A stretch of 64,000 bases of DNA from the IMG/VR virus record IMGVR_UViG_3300025437_000009; one strand, written 5' to 3'. This document shows positions 35,681-45,918 of this stretch, in pieces (within the stretch, counting starts at the first letter, position 1; every line of letters begins with the position of its first letter). The translations under genes were made by a program, and so were the position numbers. The DNA is from a virus (taxonomy: Duplodnaviria; Caudoviricetes). The notes beneath the pieces were generated by a model. It ran no database searches and was not told where the DNA came from. It saw nothing but the letters and a program-made list of their open reading frames with translations.

Positions 35681-36439
35681 TTAGTCTGTAATTTGATAAA
35701 AGTCTTTGTCCAGCCAAGCAACTACTGTATCTTCTAAACGTGCATATCCATACTTAGTTACGCTACTAACAATACTATCATTGACTAAATTGCGGTCAAT
35801 TATGTCGTGCCAACTAGCGTGTTCGGGCAAGGGCTCATGTTCTGTAGCGTATACCGCTGCTTGTAGCCAAGGAGTCCCTGGTTCACGATAAAAATACGCA
35901 TCTCTACAGTCAAATCCGCTGATGGCCAACATATAGATAAGATTCAAAAGGTTATAACTGTAGTATTGGTGACTATGATTACTAATGATCATTTGACTGC
36001 GTCTATGGTCCCAATAAGTAGTCTGTGGTATAGTTAGCACTAACATACCGTTGACCGTCATAGTTGATTTCCATGTGGCCAGACATTTTAAAGGATTTCG
36101 AGCATATTGAAATGAATCATGTGCCCATAATAGATCAACTTGTCTAGGGATAACTCGTTCCTCAAAATTTCCCTCAATTGGGTGTACATTAGGTAGTGCT
36201 AGTATGCTTGGATCAATCTGTTGAATATTTTGATCAACTGCATAAACAATGTAATTGTGGAATTCCGGAGGATCATCTCTAGTTTGTAGTGTAGCCCACC
36301 ATTTAGCGTCAAATCCGGCACCGCAACCCATGTCTGCTACTACAGTTAAACTATCTAAATAATCATCATACTTGTAGATTAGATCTAAAGTTTTTCGACT
36401 GTGCTCGTGACTTTCGTCGGGATTTTTAAACAGGCCCAT
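35681..36439 (-). CDS. class I SAM-dependent methyltransferase
   Basis: VADMGCGAG, YAVDQ, DLLWAHDSFQY. Confidence 0.8.
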   Translation of the reverse strand: MGLFKNPDESHEHSRKTLDLIYKYDDYLDSLTVVADMGCGAGFDAKWWATLQTRDDPPEFHNYIVYAVDQNIQQIDPSILALPNVHPIEGNFEERVIPRQVDLLWAHDSFQYARNPLKCLATWKSTMTVNGMLVLTIPQTTYWDHRRSQMIISNHSHQYYSYNLLNLIYMLAISGFDCRDAYFYREPGTPWLQAAVYATEHEPLPEHASWHDIIDRNLVNDSIVSSVTKYGYARLEDTVVAWLDKDFYQITD

Positions 36440-36680
36440 TGGTCAATATTTCCATTACTAATTTTTCTTTTAATCGTTGTAGTCGAGGTGCTAGTTGATG
36501 GCAGGCTTCTGCTATTTCATTTTCATCACCCCAACCAAGTTGGGTAGATAAATGGTAAGCAAATTTGGCTACCGCATCTTTTTCTAATTGTATATTTACC
36601 GCATCGTGTTTGGGCTTTGCTCGACAGCAAAGATCAAATTCTGCTAGTAAATTGTTGGCATGTGTTTTCCAGTCGGTCAT
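36426..36680 (-). CDS. hypothetical protein
   Basis: 84 aa ORF overlapping both neighbours. Confidence 0.65.
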   Translation of the reverse strand: MTDWKTHANNLLAEFDLCCRAKPKHDAVNIQLEKDAVAKFAYHLSTQLGWGDENEIAEACHQLAPRLQRLKEKLVMEILTNGPV

Positions 36681-37606
36681 TTACAGTTTTTTTGATGAGT
36701 ATCTAATACATACTTAGCTGTTGCTTCACTGGTACAGTTTTTAACAAAATGATCAAATACACTAGCCTGCAATTCTTCATATACTGCTAGTCCAGCATCA
36801 GCGAACCAATCAACACCGTACTCAGCAATCAATCCATTGACCGCTAATAATTCTTCTTTGGGTAAGGTTGTGCAAATAAGTGGAGGGCATTGCTCAATAC
36901 CGTGAAAGATTGGTACAGAACCCGAAGCCATGATTTCGTAGTGACGTTGGCAATCCCACCCACCCTTCATTTGTGTTTCCCCAAAGTAACTGCGAGCATA
37001 GTCCTTAAAGTAGTCAACTTCGTTGTCAAACTTATAGTGTGCAACACCATTAGCATCTTTAAATACAGGTCGAGATCCTGATATAACAGTATCTTTCACA
37101 ATACCGGTACGATCAATAATTTTTTGTTTGGGGAAACTAAAACTGATGGGATGAATCTTAGGATCATCAAAATAAAGTTCACGTTTAAAATATGTGCCAG
37201 CATCAACTAAGTGTCGGTGATCACGGTAGTGTGTTAGGTCACCTTGATCTTTGCCGTCAATGATGATTATTTTATTTTTAGGGTAAGTTTCTAGGATCAA
37301 ATCTTCATAGATGCTTTTAAAGTCTGCACGAGTCAGTACAATTAAATCAAAATACTGACTACGTATTTTACCTTCAATATCTGTACGATCTACTGTGTCT
37401 CGTTCGATAGTGTTAGATAAGCTAAATCCTCTACCGTGTAGATTGATACGGTTTTCTCCATTGGGTCCTGATTCACTATCACCGTAGATATACCAAAGTT
37501 TTGGGGCATCAACAACCTCACAACCTAAATCAGTAAAACCATGCACTAATAAATCGCTTAGATGATCTGTTCCGTCTTCATTGCTTCGTGTACATAAAAT
37601 TTTCAT
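36677..37606 (-). CDS. glycosyltransferase-like (GT-B) protein
   Basis: IIIIDGKD, YFKRE, GGWDCQRHYEIMASGSVPIF. Start moved to MKILCT (ATGA overlap with uvsY). Confidence 0.65.
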   Translation of the reverse strand: MKILCTRSNEDGTDHLSDLLVHGFTDLGCEVVDAPKLWYIYGDSESGPNGENRINLHGRGFSLSNTIERDTVDRTDIEGKIRSQYFDLIVLTRADFKSIYEDLILETYPKNKIIIIDGKDQGDLTHYRDHRHLVDAGTYFKRELYFDDPKIHPISFSFPKQKIIDRTGIVKDTVISGSRPVFKDANGVAHYKFDNEVDYFKDYARSYFGETQMKGGWDCQRHYEIMASGSVPIFHGIEQCPPLICTTLPKEELLAVNGLIAEYGVDWFADAGLAVYEELQASVFDHFVKNCTSEATAKYVLDTHQKNCK

Positions 37607-38058
37607 GCTATTGTAATGTCTTCCATTCCTGCTGTGCGTAGTCGAACCACATGCCCCAACATAAAGTTCTTTGATTCGATTCCTTTCATGAGCCCCAACC
37701 ATTTATTACGAAGTAGTGCCACTTCATTAATGATTGTTTCCATGTCAATTACTTCATCTTCTGCTTCAGCATACTTTTCAGCATCACGACTTGTTAGCGC
37801 ACGATTGTATGCTTCTAGATATTTTTTATAATGCCGTTGACGTATCTTACGCAGTTGAATATTTAGAAATTCTAATACCGCTTCAATTTCTTGTAGCTGA
37901 TTAAATCTCTGCTCTGTTTCACCGGGCAAGTTACTGAGTTCACGTTCAACCTTACCGTGGATTTTAACATTGGCACGTGCAGAGATAAGTTCCTGCTCAT
38001 AGTAATCTATAAAAGCAGGAATTTCTCCTAGGTCTCTAACTATTTTATTATAGAACAC
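37603..38058 (-). CDS. uvsY: recombination mediator UvsY
   Basis: YYEQEL, YKKYLEAYNRALTSRDAEKY..E, RNKWLGLMKGIESKNF. Adjacent to uvsX. Confidence 0.8.
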   Translation of the reverse strand: MFYNKIVRDLGEIPAFIDYYEQELISARANVKIHGKVERELSNLPGETEQRFNQLQEIEAVLEFLNIQLRKIRQRHYKKYLEAYNRALTSRDAEKYAEAEDEVIDMETIINEVALLRNKWLGLMKGIESKNFMLGHVVRLRTAGMEDITIA

Positions 38059-38061
38059 AGT

Positions 38062-38292
38062 TTACCACTCTGAATCCTCGTCCTCGTCTTCAGCTTCGTC
38101 ATCTGCTGTGTACTCTTTAAGAGCACGTTTAAGGGTAGCATCAGTAGTGCCAAACTCTTTAAGTTCTTGGTCGCCTAACATATCAACCATAACACTCATT
38201 AGGTTATCTGCACACTCTTGACGATCCTTGCTAGGAACGTACTGTTTCATAATGGTATATAGTTCGCTTAGAACTTCTACATCGATTGTCAT
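38062..38292 (-). CDS. small acidic hypothetical protein
   Basis: 76 aa ORF between uvsX and uvsY. Confidence 0.7.
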   Translation of the reverse strand: MTIDVEVLSELYTIMKQYVPSKDRQECADNLMSVMVDMLGDQELKEFGTTDATLKRALKEYTADDEAEDEDEDSEW

Positions 38293-39362
38293 TCTGTAAC
38301 TTCCTCTTCTGGTTCTGCTACAGGTGTAGCAGTTCTATGTGGGTTCGCAGCAAAGTCAACCATAACTTTATCTAATGTGCCGTCTTCGTTGCGTTCCCAT
38401 GCCTTACGGAACTGTTTAATAATAGTACCATCAGCTAGAGTGTATTTAAGACTATTACCGTCTTTGGTTAATAAACCTTTGCCTTCCATTAGATCTACTA
38501 ATCCAGAGTAAGGATTCATCCCTTGTTCATACGGAATCTTAACCTGTACTGATTCAAATGGTTTAGCATAACGAGTCTTCATAATCTTACATGCAGCACG
38601 AATACCTTTAACTTCTGAAATCTTATTACCATCTTCGTCTTCTTTTAACTTTAACTTACGCATAGCAACTACAATAGAGCTAGCATAGATGAAGCCTTGG
38701 CCGCCTGAGATTTTATCATCTGGATCAAACATGTCTTGGCTAGCGTAGGTATGATTTGTACATACTAGTCCAATGTTTAGGTCGCCAAACATGTTTACAC
38801 AGTTACGAACTAGTGCTGTCAGTGCTTTGGGCTTACGACCCATATCACCTTTGAGGTCACCTGCTTCAAACTGATTAACGTCTGTTGGGGTCAACATCAT
38901 ACCTAGGGAGTCGAGTACAAATAAGACCTTAGGACGTTGATCTTCTGGTAGTGTTTTATATTCTTTAACAAAGTCATTGATCAATTTTGCTACATCATCA
39001 ATCATAGCTACGTTAAGTTTAAGCAACTTGTCTTCACTAGTATCTACACCTAGTGCGTGCAACCATGCTTCATCGAGTGCGTTTTCTGTATCAACTAGAA
39101 TAACATAAATGCCTTGCTCTTGTGCATTCTTAACAATATTACCCGAACAGATAAACGATTTACCTGCACCAGATTCGCCAGCAAACACAGTAACTTTACC
39201 CATCGGGATTCCTTTATGGAAGTCACCAGAGATAAGATAGTTTAGTGCATAGTTGTTAGTTGAGATCCATGTGTCAGGATCACGAAATCCTACAGAGATA
39301 CCGTCAATGCTTTTAGTAATGCTCTTGCGAAATTTTGATACGTCGAATGGTTTATTTGCCAT
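38289..39362 (-). CDS. uvsX: UvsX/RecA-like recombinase
   Basis: FAGESGAGKS, LVDTENA, FVLDSLG, NHTY, SGGQGFIYASS. Confidence 0.93.
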   Translation of the reverse strand: MANKPFDVSKFRKSITKSIDGISVGFRDPDTWISTNNYALNYLISGDFHKGIPMGKVTVFAGESGAGKSFICSGNIVKNAQEQGIYVILVDTENALDEAWLHALGVDTSEDKLLKLNVAMIDDVAKLINDFVKEYKTLPEDQRPKVLFVLDSLGMMLTPTDVNQFEAGDLKGDMGRKPKALTALVRNCVNMFGDLNIGLVCTNHTYASQDMFDPDDKISGGQGFIYASSIVVAMRKLKLKEDEDGNKISEVKGIRAACKIMKTRYAKPFESVQVKIPYEQGMNPYSGLVDLMEGKGLLTKDGNSLKYTLADGTIIKQFRKAWERNEDGTLDKVMVDFAANPHRTATPVAEPEEEVTE

Positions 39363-40524
39363 GATAGTTTTCCTTGATATTATATAACTCTTTAAAAATT
39401 TTACTGCTGTCTAAATTGCGTCGTTGGTCTAACTCGTTTAACTGTGTCATTGACCTTAGAAAATTCTTTTCAATTGGTTGTTTGATATAGTTTAACATAT
39501 TTTTATAGCTTTCTTCAAGCAAAAATCCTGGTTTTTTTGCAATACGATTATTCAATTTTTCTTCTAGTGAGTATAACACACTTTCTGGTAAATGTCTAAT
39601 GTTTAGGTAGTCTGGCATTGCTAATGCTCCAATAATAAAACTGTTGTTATGGAATCCTATACCAGTTAAATAGTCCACACAGTCAAAAATGGAATTAAAA
39701 TTTAGTATAAACCAAAGCATGTTGAATGATATTTTATGATTTAGTTTTCGAATTGTATTTAAATTATCCAGGAAGTCTGTCCATTTTCCGCCATATCTAA
39801 TGTATTCAAATTCATCTCCAGTGGTTTCTGCACTAATGGTCCAATGAACATTTTTAAACTCGCAAATTTTATCAAATACTCGAGTATCGACCTTGCTTAA
39901 ATTTGTGTTAATTCTTAGATTTACATTGGGGTTTACAGTTTTTAAAATATCCAATAGTTCTAAATTTTCTTTCATTAGCAAGGGCTCGCCACCAGCAAGA
40001 TACACGTGTTTTAGTGTGTTAGCTTGACTAGTAATATACCACTTGAGACTATCAATTTGTTCTTTAGTGGGTGTTGCTAAATGCATCTGTAGTTCATCGG
40101 CCCATCGACTGCTAAAATCTGGTCCACAATAGACACAGGCAAAATTACACAGATTGGTCCAACGTATATCAATTGCTTGTAGGCCTGGACGTCCTACACT
40201 AGAGTATATTGATGGGTCGTTTTCTTTGAGTTCACGTATGTAAAAAACGCGATCACTAATACCATCAAATCCGCGTCGATCTTTTTCTAAATCGTAACAG
40301 CCAGTACAGGATTTGACTGGCTGACGTTGCTGTATAGCAATCTGTCTATTTCTATTTTCTACTCCGCCCAATATTTCTTGTATGTTGTTGTTTTGTAGAT
40401 TACCGATTGGCATAGCATCATTGCTACGTATACAATTTTTTACTGATCCATCAAAGTTGTACATCATTCCAGTCCATGGCATGGGACAAAAATACGGATT
40501 AGTTAAAATATCTTTAGGTGTCAT
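39352..40524 (-). CDS. radical SAM protein with SPASM/twitch domain
   Basis: CPMPW...VKNC N-terminus, CNFACVYC, LAGGEPLL. Confidence 0.88.
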   Translation of the reverse strand: MTPKDILTNPYFCPMPWTGMMYNFDGSVKNCIRSNDAMPIGNLQNNNIQEILGGVENRNRQIAIQQRQPVKSCTGCYDLEKDRRGFDGISDRVFYIRELKENDPSIYSSVGRPGLQAIDIRWTNLCNFACVYCGPDFSSRWADELQMHLATPTKEQIDSLKWYITSQANTLKHVYLAGGEPLLMKENLELLDILKTVNPNVNLRINTNLSKVDTRVFDKICEFKNVHWTISAETTGDEFEYIRYGGKWTDFLDNLNTIRKLNHKISFNMLWFILNFNSIFDCVDYLTGIGFHNNSFIIGALAMPDYLNIRHLPESVLYSLEEKLNNRIAKKPGFLLEESYKNMLNYIKQPIEKNFLRSMTQLNELDQRRNLDSSKIFKELYNIKENYHGK

Positions 40525-41066
40525 TGGTGTTTTGGTCCAAGGGATATGTCTGGTATCACCAAATTGTTAGTTGCGGCCATGTTGAATATGTTAACCAGTG
40601 TATTGGCCCAGACTGTTACGTCAGCGGCCGGAGGTACCGTTTTATCCGGACTTGTTGCTATATTACCCGGACGTACTACAGTAAGTTTGACACCAATATA
40701 TTTTGCACGAATTTGTCGAACTGCTTCTTCGAGTGCTACTTTTTGTACACGATATTCGTCCATATCTAAACCAGGCAAGGGTGATGAGGGAGCCTGTGTC
40801 ATCATAGTACTGATAATCATGATATGTTTGTTTGTTCCAGACCATCGGCGAGCCATTTCAAACAGCAATTCTGTCTGAGCAAAGCCTGCTTGGGCATTGT
40901 TAACAAAACGATCGCAAGGTTCTATCAGTGATGCAATTTTTGGTATGCTACGAATGTTATAGCCATCTCGTTTACTCAAACCGACAATTTCGTGTCCAAG
41001 ATTTTCATATTCTCTAGCAAGTGCTTGACCAATACCGGCCGTATGTCCTGTTATAGCTATTTTCAT
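40521..41066 (-). CDS. short-chain dehydrogenase-like protein
   Basis: IAITGHTAGIG, FVNNA, YRVQK. Confidence 0.75.
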   Translation of the reverse strand: MKIAITGHTAGIGQALAREYENLGHEIVGLSKRDGYNIRSIPKIASLIEPCDRFVNNAQAGFAQTELLFEMARRWSGTNKHIMIISTMMTQAPSSPLPGLDMDEYRVQKVALEEAVRQIRAKYIGVKLTVVRPGNIATSPDKTVPPAADVTVWANTLVNIFNMAATNNLVIPDISLGPKHQ

Positions 41067-41536
41067 TTTAATAGATCCAGGGGTTCATTGTGAAAGGTAA
41101 AACTGGCAACGATACGTGGCAACGCAATGTCATTGACTTGCACAACACTATGGGGAATTTGAGAGTTTAGTACAATTGGTTTTTCCATACCAACCACTTC
41201 CCCAATCATTACATCATTTTCGTACCATCTATTTGCCCAGCCTGCGGTATTTATAACTGGTATGTTGACTTTTGCTATTACAGGCAATTCGTCAATGTGC
41301 AAGGGAAGGCTTTTATTGTCAATAACTACTGTTACAGCTGCGTGCCGAGGAATTAGTTTTAGTTGTTTAAACCATGTTAATAGTTCTGGTGCTTGTTCTA
41401 ATAATAAATTTTTATCAACAAAATGCCATCCAGGAATCAGTGTATCTAAAATATCAGTTTTTTCTTTTAGAAAATTGTGTATTTCCTGCGAAATTACACT
41501 TAAACTTTCACAATCTAATTCAATAAATGGTTTCAT
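41063..41536 (-). CDS. hypothetical protein, cupin/2OG-oxygenase-like
   Basis: LPLHID...PHSV...RIVASF. Confidence 0.5.
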   Translation of the reverse strand: MKPFIELDCESLSVISQEIHNFLKEKTDILDTLIPGWHFVDKNLLLEQAPELLTWFKQLKLIPRHAAVTVVIDNKSLPLHIDELPVIAKVNIPVINTAGWANRWYENDVMIGEVVGMEKPIVLNSQIPHSVVQVNDIALPRIVASFTFHNEPLDLLK

Positions 41537-42411
41537 ATGCTTCTTAATTGTTTTTGTTGTTGTATATATGCATCAACAGCGACGGTGTCTTTATTATTGA
41601 TATTCAATACCGCCGGTTCACTGAGATATGCAAAGCTGTGCTCAATTCCATGTTCTTGAGCAAATGCCTGTATGTTAGATAAGTCGTTGACATTAAGTAT
41701 GCTGACTGTGGTCCATAAGTTTAACTTAACTGGCATAATTTTATATTGCATTAAATTTTTATAAAAGGTATCCCAAGTAATAGGCCAACGCATAAACTCA
41801 TGTACTGGGCCAATACCATCGCAACTTACGGTGACTGTAACTTCAATCCCTCGTTCAGCTATATTGACTAATTCTTCCAATACCACGTTACAATTAGTAT
41901 TAAGTCTAAGTGTTTTAAGGTTGGGCGGTAAATTGGCCAACAACTGTTTGTAGTTTTTACTGTAGCTGGGTTCGCCACCATTGATATCTAAATGTAGTAT
42001 TCGTTCTTGGGGCAAGTCCCAAAAACGATTGGTATTGTTTACAATAGGAAACGTCCGACTGTGTAGTGCACCAATTCTCGTGCTACATTCAGGACTACAT
42101 GTCATACAAGCAGCATTACATACATTATCTAATACCCCGCCCACCTGAAGATAATTCCCTGTCTCAGCTCGATCCAATTTCAATGCGTATGTTCTTATAC
42201 TGTCTCGCGAGTCTGCTTCGGCTTCTTCACAACGACGGCATTCGCTTGGCCAAAGGTCTTGAGCAAATTGTTCTTTAATTTTACGCAACCACACACTGGA
42301 ATCCATTTGCTCCAGAGTATCAAACTGTGCTGGATTGACCATGTGGCCACAGCGACTTACAGTTCCATTTGAATTAAATCGAACAAAGTGATCTAGTCTA
42401 GGACAGCGCAT
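41533..42411 (-). CDS. radical SAM protein with SPASM/twitch domain
   Basis: MRCPR...VSRC, CNAACMTC, INGGEP. Confidence 0.85.
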   Translation of the reverse strand: MRCPRLDHFVRFNSNGTVSRCGHMVNPAQFDTLEQMDSSVWLRKIKEQFAQDLWPSECRRCEEAEADSRDSIRTYALKLDRAETGNYLQVGGVLDNVCNAACMTCSPECSTRIGALHSRTFPIVNNTNRFWDLPQERILHLDINGGEPSYSKNYKQLLANLPPNLKTLRLNTNCNVVLEELVNIAERGIEVTVTVSCDGIGPVHEFMRWPITWDTFYKNLMQYKIMPVKLNLWTTVSILNVNDLSNIQAFAQEHGIEHSFAYLSEPAVLNINNKDTVAVDAYIQQQKQLRSI

Positions 42412-43007
42412 AGTTCTTGACTCCTTTCAATCACTTCTTTATACAGTTCGGGATAGGTATTTTTGATATATGCTAATATCATTTTAAATGTTACAGTCTG
42501 ACCCATGAACTCGTAGTATAAGACTTTATCTAACCGTAGATAAAAATGCAATTTACTGTTGTCTTTAAAATAGTCCACAAGTGTTTGGTCACGTGTCAAA
42601 CTATTCCAAATTTCACCTAGGTCATTATCAAGTTCTGTCATTGGTTTGAATGTCATCCATATATTACTATTAAAGCGTTGTAGATTTACCAACCAGTGGA
42701 ATTGTAATGCAAAATGTCTGTTTAAAAATAAGTATTCGTCAATCATCGACAATGCTGTTGCACGATCAAGATGTGGGTTATATCGTAAGTACGTTTGTAC
42801 TCCACTAACATAACGTTCAAATGGTTCACGAACAAATACTTCTACAGTTTTTAAATGTTTAATGACTTCTGAGCCCGTTACAGAACGAGATTTTTCAAAC
42901 AAGCCACTGCTACCATTTTTATAGATAGGATAGACAAAACGTCCCGGTTCGAGTTCAACTACCAGAATTTCATCAGGGAAAAGGATCGGATCTAGATAAG
43001 ATAGCAT
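42393..43007 (-). CDS. sulfotransferase-like protein
   Basis: PIYKNGSS (5'-PSB-like) and VREPFERYVSG (3'-PB-like). Confidence 0.55.
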   Translation of the reverse strand: MLSYLDPILFPDEILVVELEPGRFVYPIYKNGSSGLFEKSRSVTGSEVIKHLKTVEVFVREPFERYVSGVQTYLRYNPHLDRATALSMIDEYLFLNRHFALQFHWLVNLQRFNSNIWMTFKPMTELDNDLGEIWNSLTRDQTLVDYFKDNSKLHFYLRLDKVLYYEFMGQTVTFKMILAYIKNTYPELYKEVIERSQELCAVLD

Positions 43008-43015
43008 AAACAGGT

Positions 43016-43044
43016 AGTGGGGGATCGTCTTCCCCCACTATTTT
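43016..43044. terminator. GC-rich hairpin after the SSB gene
   Basis: TAGTGGGGGA-tcgtct-TCCCCCACTA. Confidence 0.5.
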
Positions 43045-43062
43045 AGACACAAGCTATTTTAA

Positions 43063-44055
43063 TTACTGCTTTTGACGATTGCGAATCATTGCCAAAATGT
43101 CTTGAGCATTTTGTTTAACTGGTTCAGCTGTCACTGGAGCAGTTGGTGCTGGTACTTCGTCTGGTTCGTCATCTGCAACAAATGGACTAGCTGTTGCTGG
43201 AGCACTTGCTACTGGGGCTGGTGCATCAGCGGCATCTGCTTTAGGGGCAGCATTGGGAGTGTCCAAACCATATGGTTTGTAGTAGGCACCCCATTTGTCA
43301 GCATCGTATGGTTGACCATCAACACTAGCTTCAAACATTTCTTTGATTACTTTAAGATCTGTTTCGCTAGGTTTCTTTGGAAGGAAATCGCTTAAATTAA
43401 ACAGGCCATGCTCATCAATTGCAGCTTGTTCTTCTGCTGTTAGTGCAGATTCTTTACGAGCCCACTTTGATGTTGAATAGTCAGCGTAACCACCCTTGCT
43501 TGTTTTAATGATTTGGAAATCCAAGCCACGTTGGAAATCTGTTGGTAATTCTTCCATTTCTGGATCCATTAGTGCCGCTTTGATAATATTAAAAATCTGT
43601 GGGCTAATAGTAAAGCGACGGATTGGATTTGCTGGAGCCTTGTCGTCACTTAATGCATTTTCACGCACAAAGCCTTGGAATACATATGACTTCTTCTTCC
43701 AATACTTACGACCCATTTCCTCTAGACTTGGATCCTTAAACCATGGACGAACTTCTGCTAATACTGGGCACGCTTCGCCATACATTTCCATACATGGAAC
43801 TTGTACTACTACTGGTTTTGAATCTGATTGTCCTTTAACTCCAGCAAATGGCAATTTGATCATTGCACGCTCAGCCCAAAAGAATGAGTTCTTAGTGTTT
43901 GCGTCTGGGAGGAATCTTACTCTTGCTGTGGAACCTTCTGCGATGTTCCAGTGTGGATAGATAGCGTTGTCGCCACCTGATTGTTTGTTGTTACCGCCTT
44001 TGTTGCCTTCTGATGCTTGTAACTTTGCACGAATTTCTGCTAATGTTGTTGCCAT
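43063..44055 (-). CDS. single-stranded DNA-binding protein (gp32-like)
   Basis: VRFLPD, VPCMEMYGEACPV, YWKKKSY, GYADYSTS, acidic tail. Confidence 0.88.
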   Translation of the reverse strand: MATTLAEIRAKLQASEGNKGGNNKQSGGDNAIYPHWNIAEGSTARVRFLPDANTKNSFFWAERAMIKLPFAGVKGQSDSKPVVVQVPCMEMYGEACPVLAEVRPWFKDPSLEEMGRKYWKKKSYVFQGFVRENALSDDKAPANPIRRFTISPQIFNIIKAALMDPEMEELPTDFQRGLDFQIIKTSKGGYADYSTSKWARKESALTAEEQAAIDEHGLFNLSDFLPKKPSETDLKVIKEMFEASVDGQPYDADKWGAYYKPYGLDTPNAAPKADAADAPAPVASAPATASPFVADDEPDEVPAPTAPVTAEPVKQNAQDILAMIRNRQKQ

Positions 44056-44120
44056 GATTAATTTCCTTTATAAGATGGTCTTAATGTACTACTTGCCTAG
44101 ATATACTCTAGCACCCTGCT

Positions 44121-44150
44121 AGTGTATAACAAATGTATTTAGCTTGTCAA
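44121..44150 (-). promoter_or_regulatory. composite sigma70 plus late promoter
   Basis: TTGACA-18-TACACT with CTAAATA inside the spacer. Confidence 0.55.
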
Positions 44151-44186
44151 ATATTTTTTAAATTATTTTGCCCAATAAATATCTGT

Positions 44187-44969
44187 ATGAATATCCCGTA
44201 CAACATTGAAATTTATGACAATTTATTGTCCGTTGAAGACCATAACAAAATTTGGGAGTATGTAAAAACCCTTCAATTCTTTGGAACATGGGAACGGGAA
44301 GAACAGGTAAATTTTAATTTTACACTCGATAGTCCAAAAAATCCCAATGATTGGATGGTTTATCAATCCTTTGGTAGGAGAACCAAATTATCAAGAGCTC
44401 CCCTTGCCACTGACGAACTTAGTTTAAAATCTAATCATCTGCCCATATACTTGTTATGGAAAAAATTAAATAGTCAACTCAATAATCAATTTGAAATAAC
44501 TGGAACTCCTGAGGGTATGCGGTCTGAAATTGACTTACCTCCGGTCTCTGACCCTGGGTTGAAATTAGGTTGGCGTGTTTATGTAAATGCCAATTATAAT
44601 TCACATACCGGTCATGGCAACGAAGGGTATGCACATCGAGACACACCGTTAGAATCGAATAATGACAAAACAGTTACTATGGTATATGTAGCAAACACTG
44701 AGTGGTATCCGTCATGGGCTGGAGAATTAAAATTTTATCCTGAAGACCCCGAGGGAGTAACTAAAGATCATCAACAATTTAACACTGGCACATATCAACA
44801 ACAACGAAATTACAAGTTAGGATGGTTAGATCAAGGACAAATAGTAAGTCCAGTACCAGGAAGATTGGTTATTTACGACGGACGGTGCTTACACTCAACT
44901 ACACCAGCTGCCAGTGATCTCAATACCCCAAGCATCAAAATTGTCTTTAGAGCACAAAAAATTATTTAG
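44187..44969 (+). CDS. 2OG-Fe(II) oxygenase
   Basis: AHRD, WAGELKF, GRCLHST, KIVFR. Start moved to ATG 44187, 5 nt after ATAAATA. Confidence 0.8.
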   Translation: MNIPYNIEIYDNLLSVEDHNKIWEYVKTLQFFGTWEREEQVNFNFTLDSPKNPNDWMVYQSFGRRTKLSRAPLATDELSLKSNHLPIYLLWKKLNSQLNNQFEITGTPEGMRSEIDLPPVSDPGLKLGWRVYVNANYNSHTGHGNEGYAHRDTPLESNNDKTVTMVYVANTEWYPSWAGELKFYPEDPEGVTKDHQQFNTGTYQQQRNYKLGWLDQGQIVSPVPGRLVIYDGRCLHSTTPAASDLNTPSIKIVFRAQKII

Positions 44970-45918
44970 AGTATTGCTGATAGATCTCAACATTCTGGCC
45001 AGCTAATCGATACAGCTCTTGTAGCTTCTCTGCTTTACTTGGATTGGTATACAAGGTTTGTAGACTAGCTGTCAAGTGTTTAATACGATCATATGGATTT
45101 GATTCTCGATCGTAGGTTTCATCTAGTACAGAATCAAATGTTCGAAATCCCATATCACGTAAACGAGCCAGACTCCCCTGACCGCTGACTAAGACAAAAG
45201 GCTTACCTGTAGCTAGACAATTGGCAGTTTTTTCGGTAAACCAAAAGTTATCCATACTATCCGTTTCACTTACAACTTCAATTTGATAACGGTTCCAGAC
45301 ATTTCCGTAGCTACGGCAAGCATCATACCAATTGATCATACCCATATGATGTGTACTGACTAAGTCGCGATCAAATTGTTTAGTTGCTATCCAAGCCAGC
45401 TCTTGTTGGTATTCGACGCCAAAATGTCGTAGTTGATCATTGATAAATTTTACATCAGGTTGAAATGTAATATATGTATCATTGGCAAATGTTTGATCTA
45501 GTTCATACGCTAAACGAAATCGACTTAGGTTATAGCGACCCAACAAGCAACCAACAAAACGTGCATTGGTTAAATCTCGATTGAACTCCCGGGGCAAATA
45601 CTGTGCAACACTGATAAAGATACCAAGTTTTAATTGTGTTAGATTAAAGTTTTTTATGTCAGCGGAGTGTGATTCAAATGTTACGTTACTGTATGGAATA
45701 TTAAGTGTATCACACGCATACGTCATAAACGATTCGAACCCGCTAAAGCCTGTGTTCTCTCCATCTAGCAAACGGATTGTAATCTGCTGACCAGAATATT
45801 GTTTTGCCAGGATGTCCAGCAGGATATCTTTACGTGTGACGCTGTAGTCTTTGTGTATAAAGAACTGTCCTAGTATAACTATTTCATTTGGGGTAACTGT
45901 GACTGCTTGCTCTATCAT
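44962..45918 (-). CDS. ET..F.TEKT family protein (paralog 2)
   Basis: EVVSET...WFTEKTANCL..GKPFVLVSG..LARLRDMGFRTF..LDETYD. Confidence 0.7.
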   Translation of the reverse strand: MIEQAVTVTPNEIVILGQFFIHKDYSVTRKDILLDILAKQYSGQQITIRLLDGENTGFSGFESFMTYACDTLNIPYSNVTFESHSADIKNFNLTQLKLGIFISVAQYLPREFNRDLTNARFVGCLLGRYNLSRFRLAYELDQTFANDTYITFQPDVKFINDQLRHFGVEYQQELAWIATKQFDRDLVSTHHMGMINWYDACRSYGNVWNRYQIEVVSETDSMDNFWFTEKTANCLATGKPFVLVSGQGSLARLRDMGFRTFDSVLDETYDRESNPYDRIKHLTASLQTLYTNPSKAEKLQELYRLAGQNVEIYQQYSK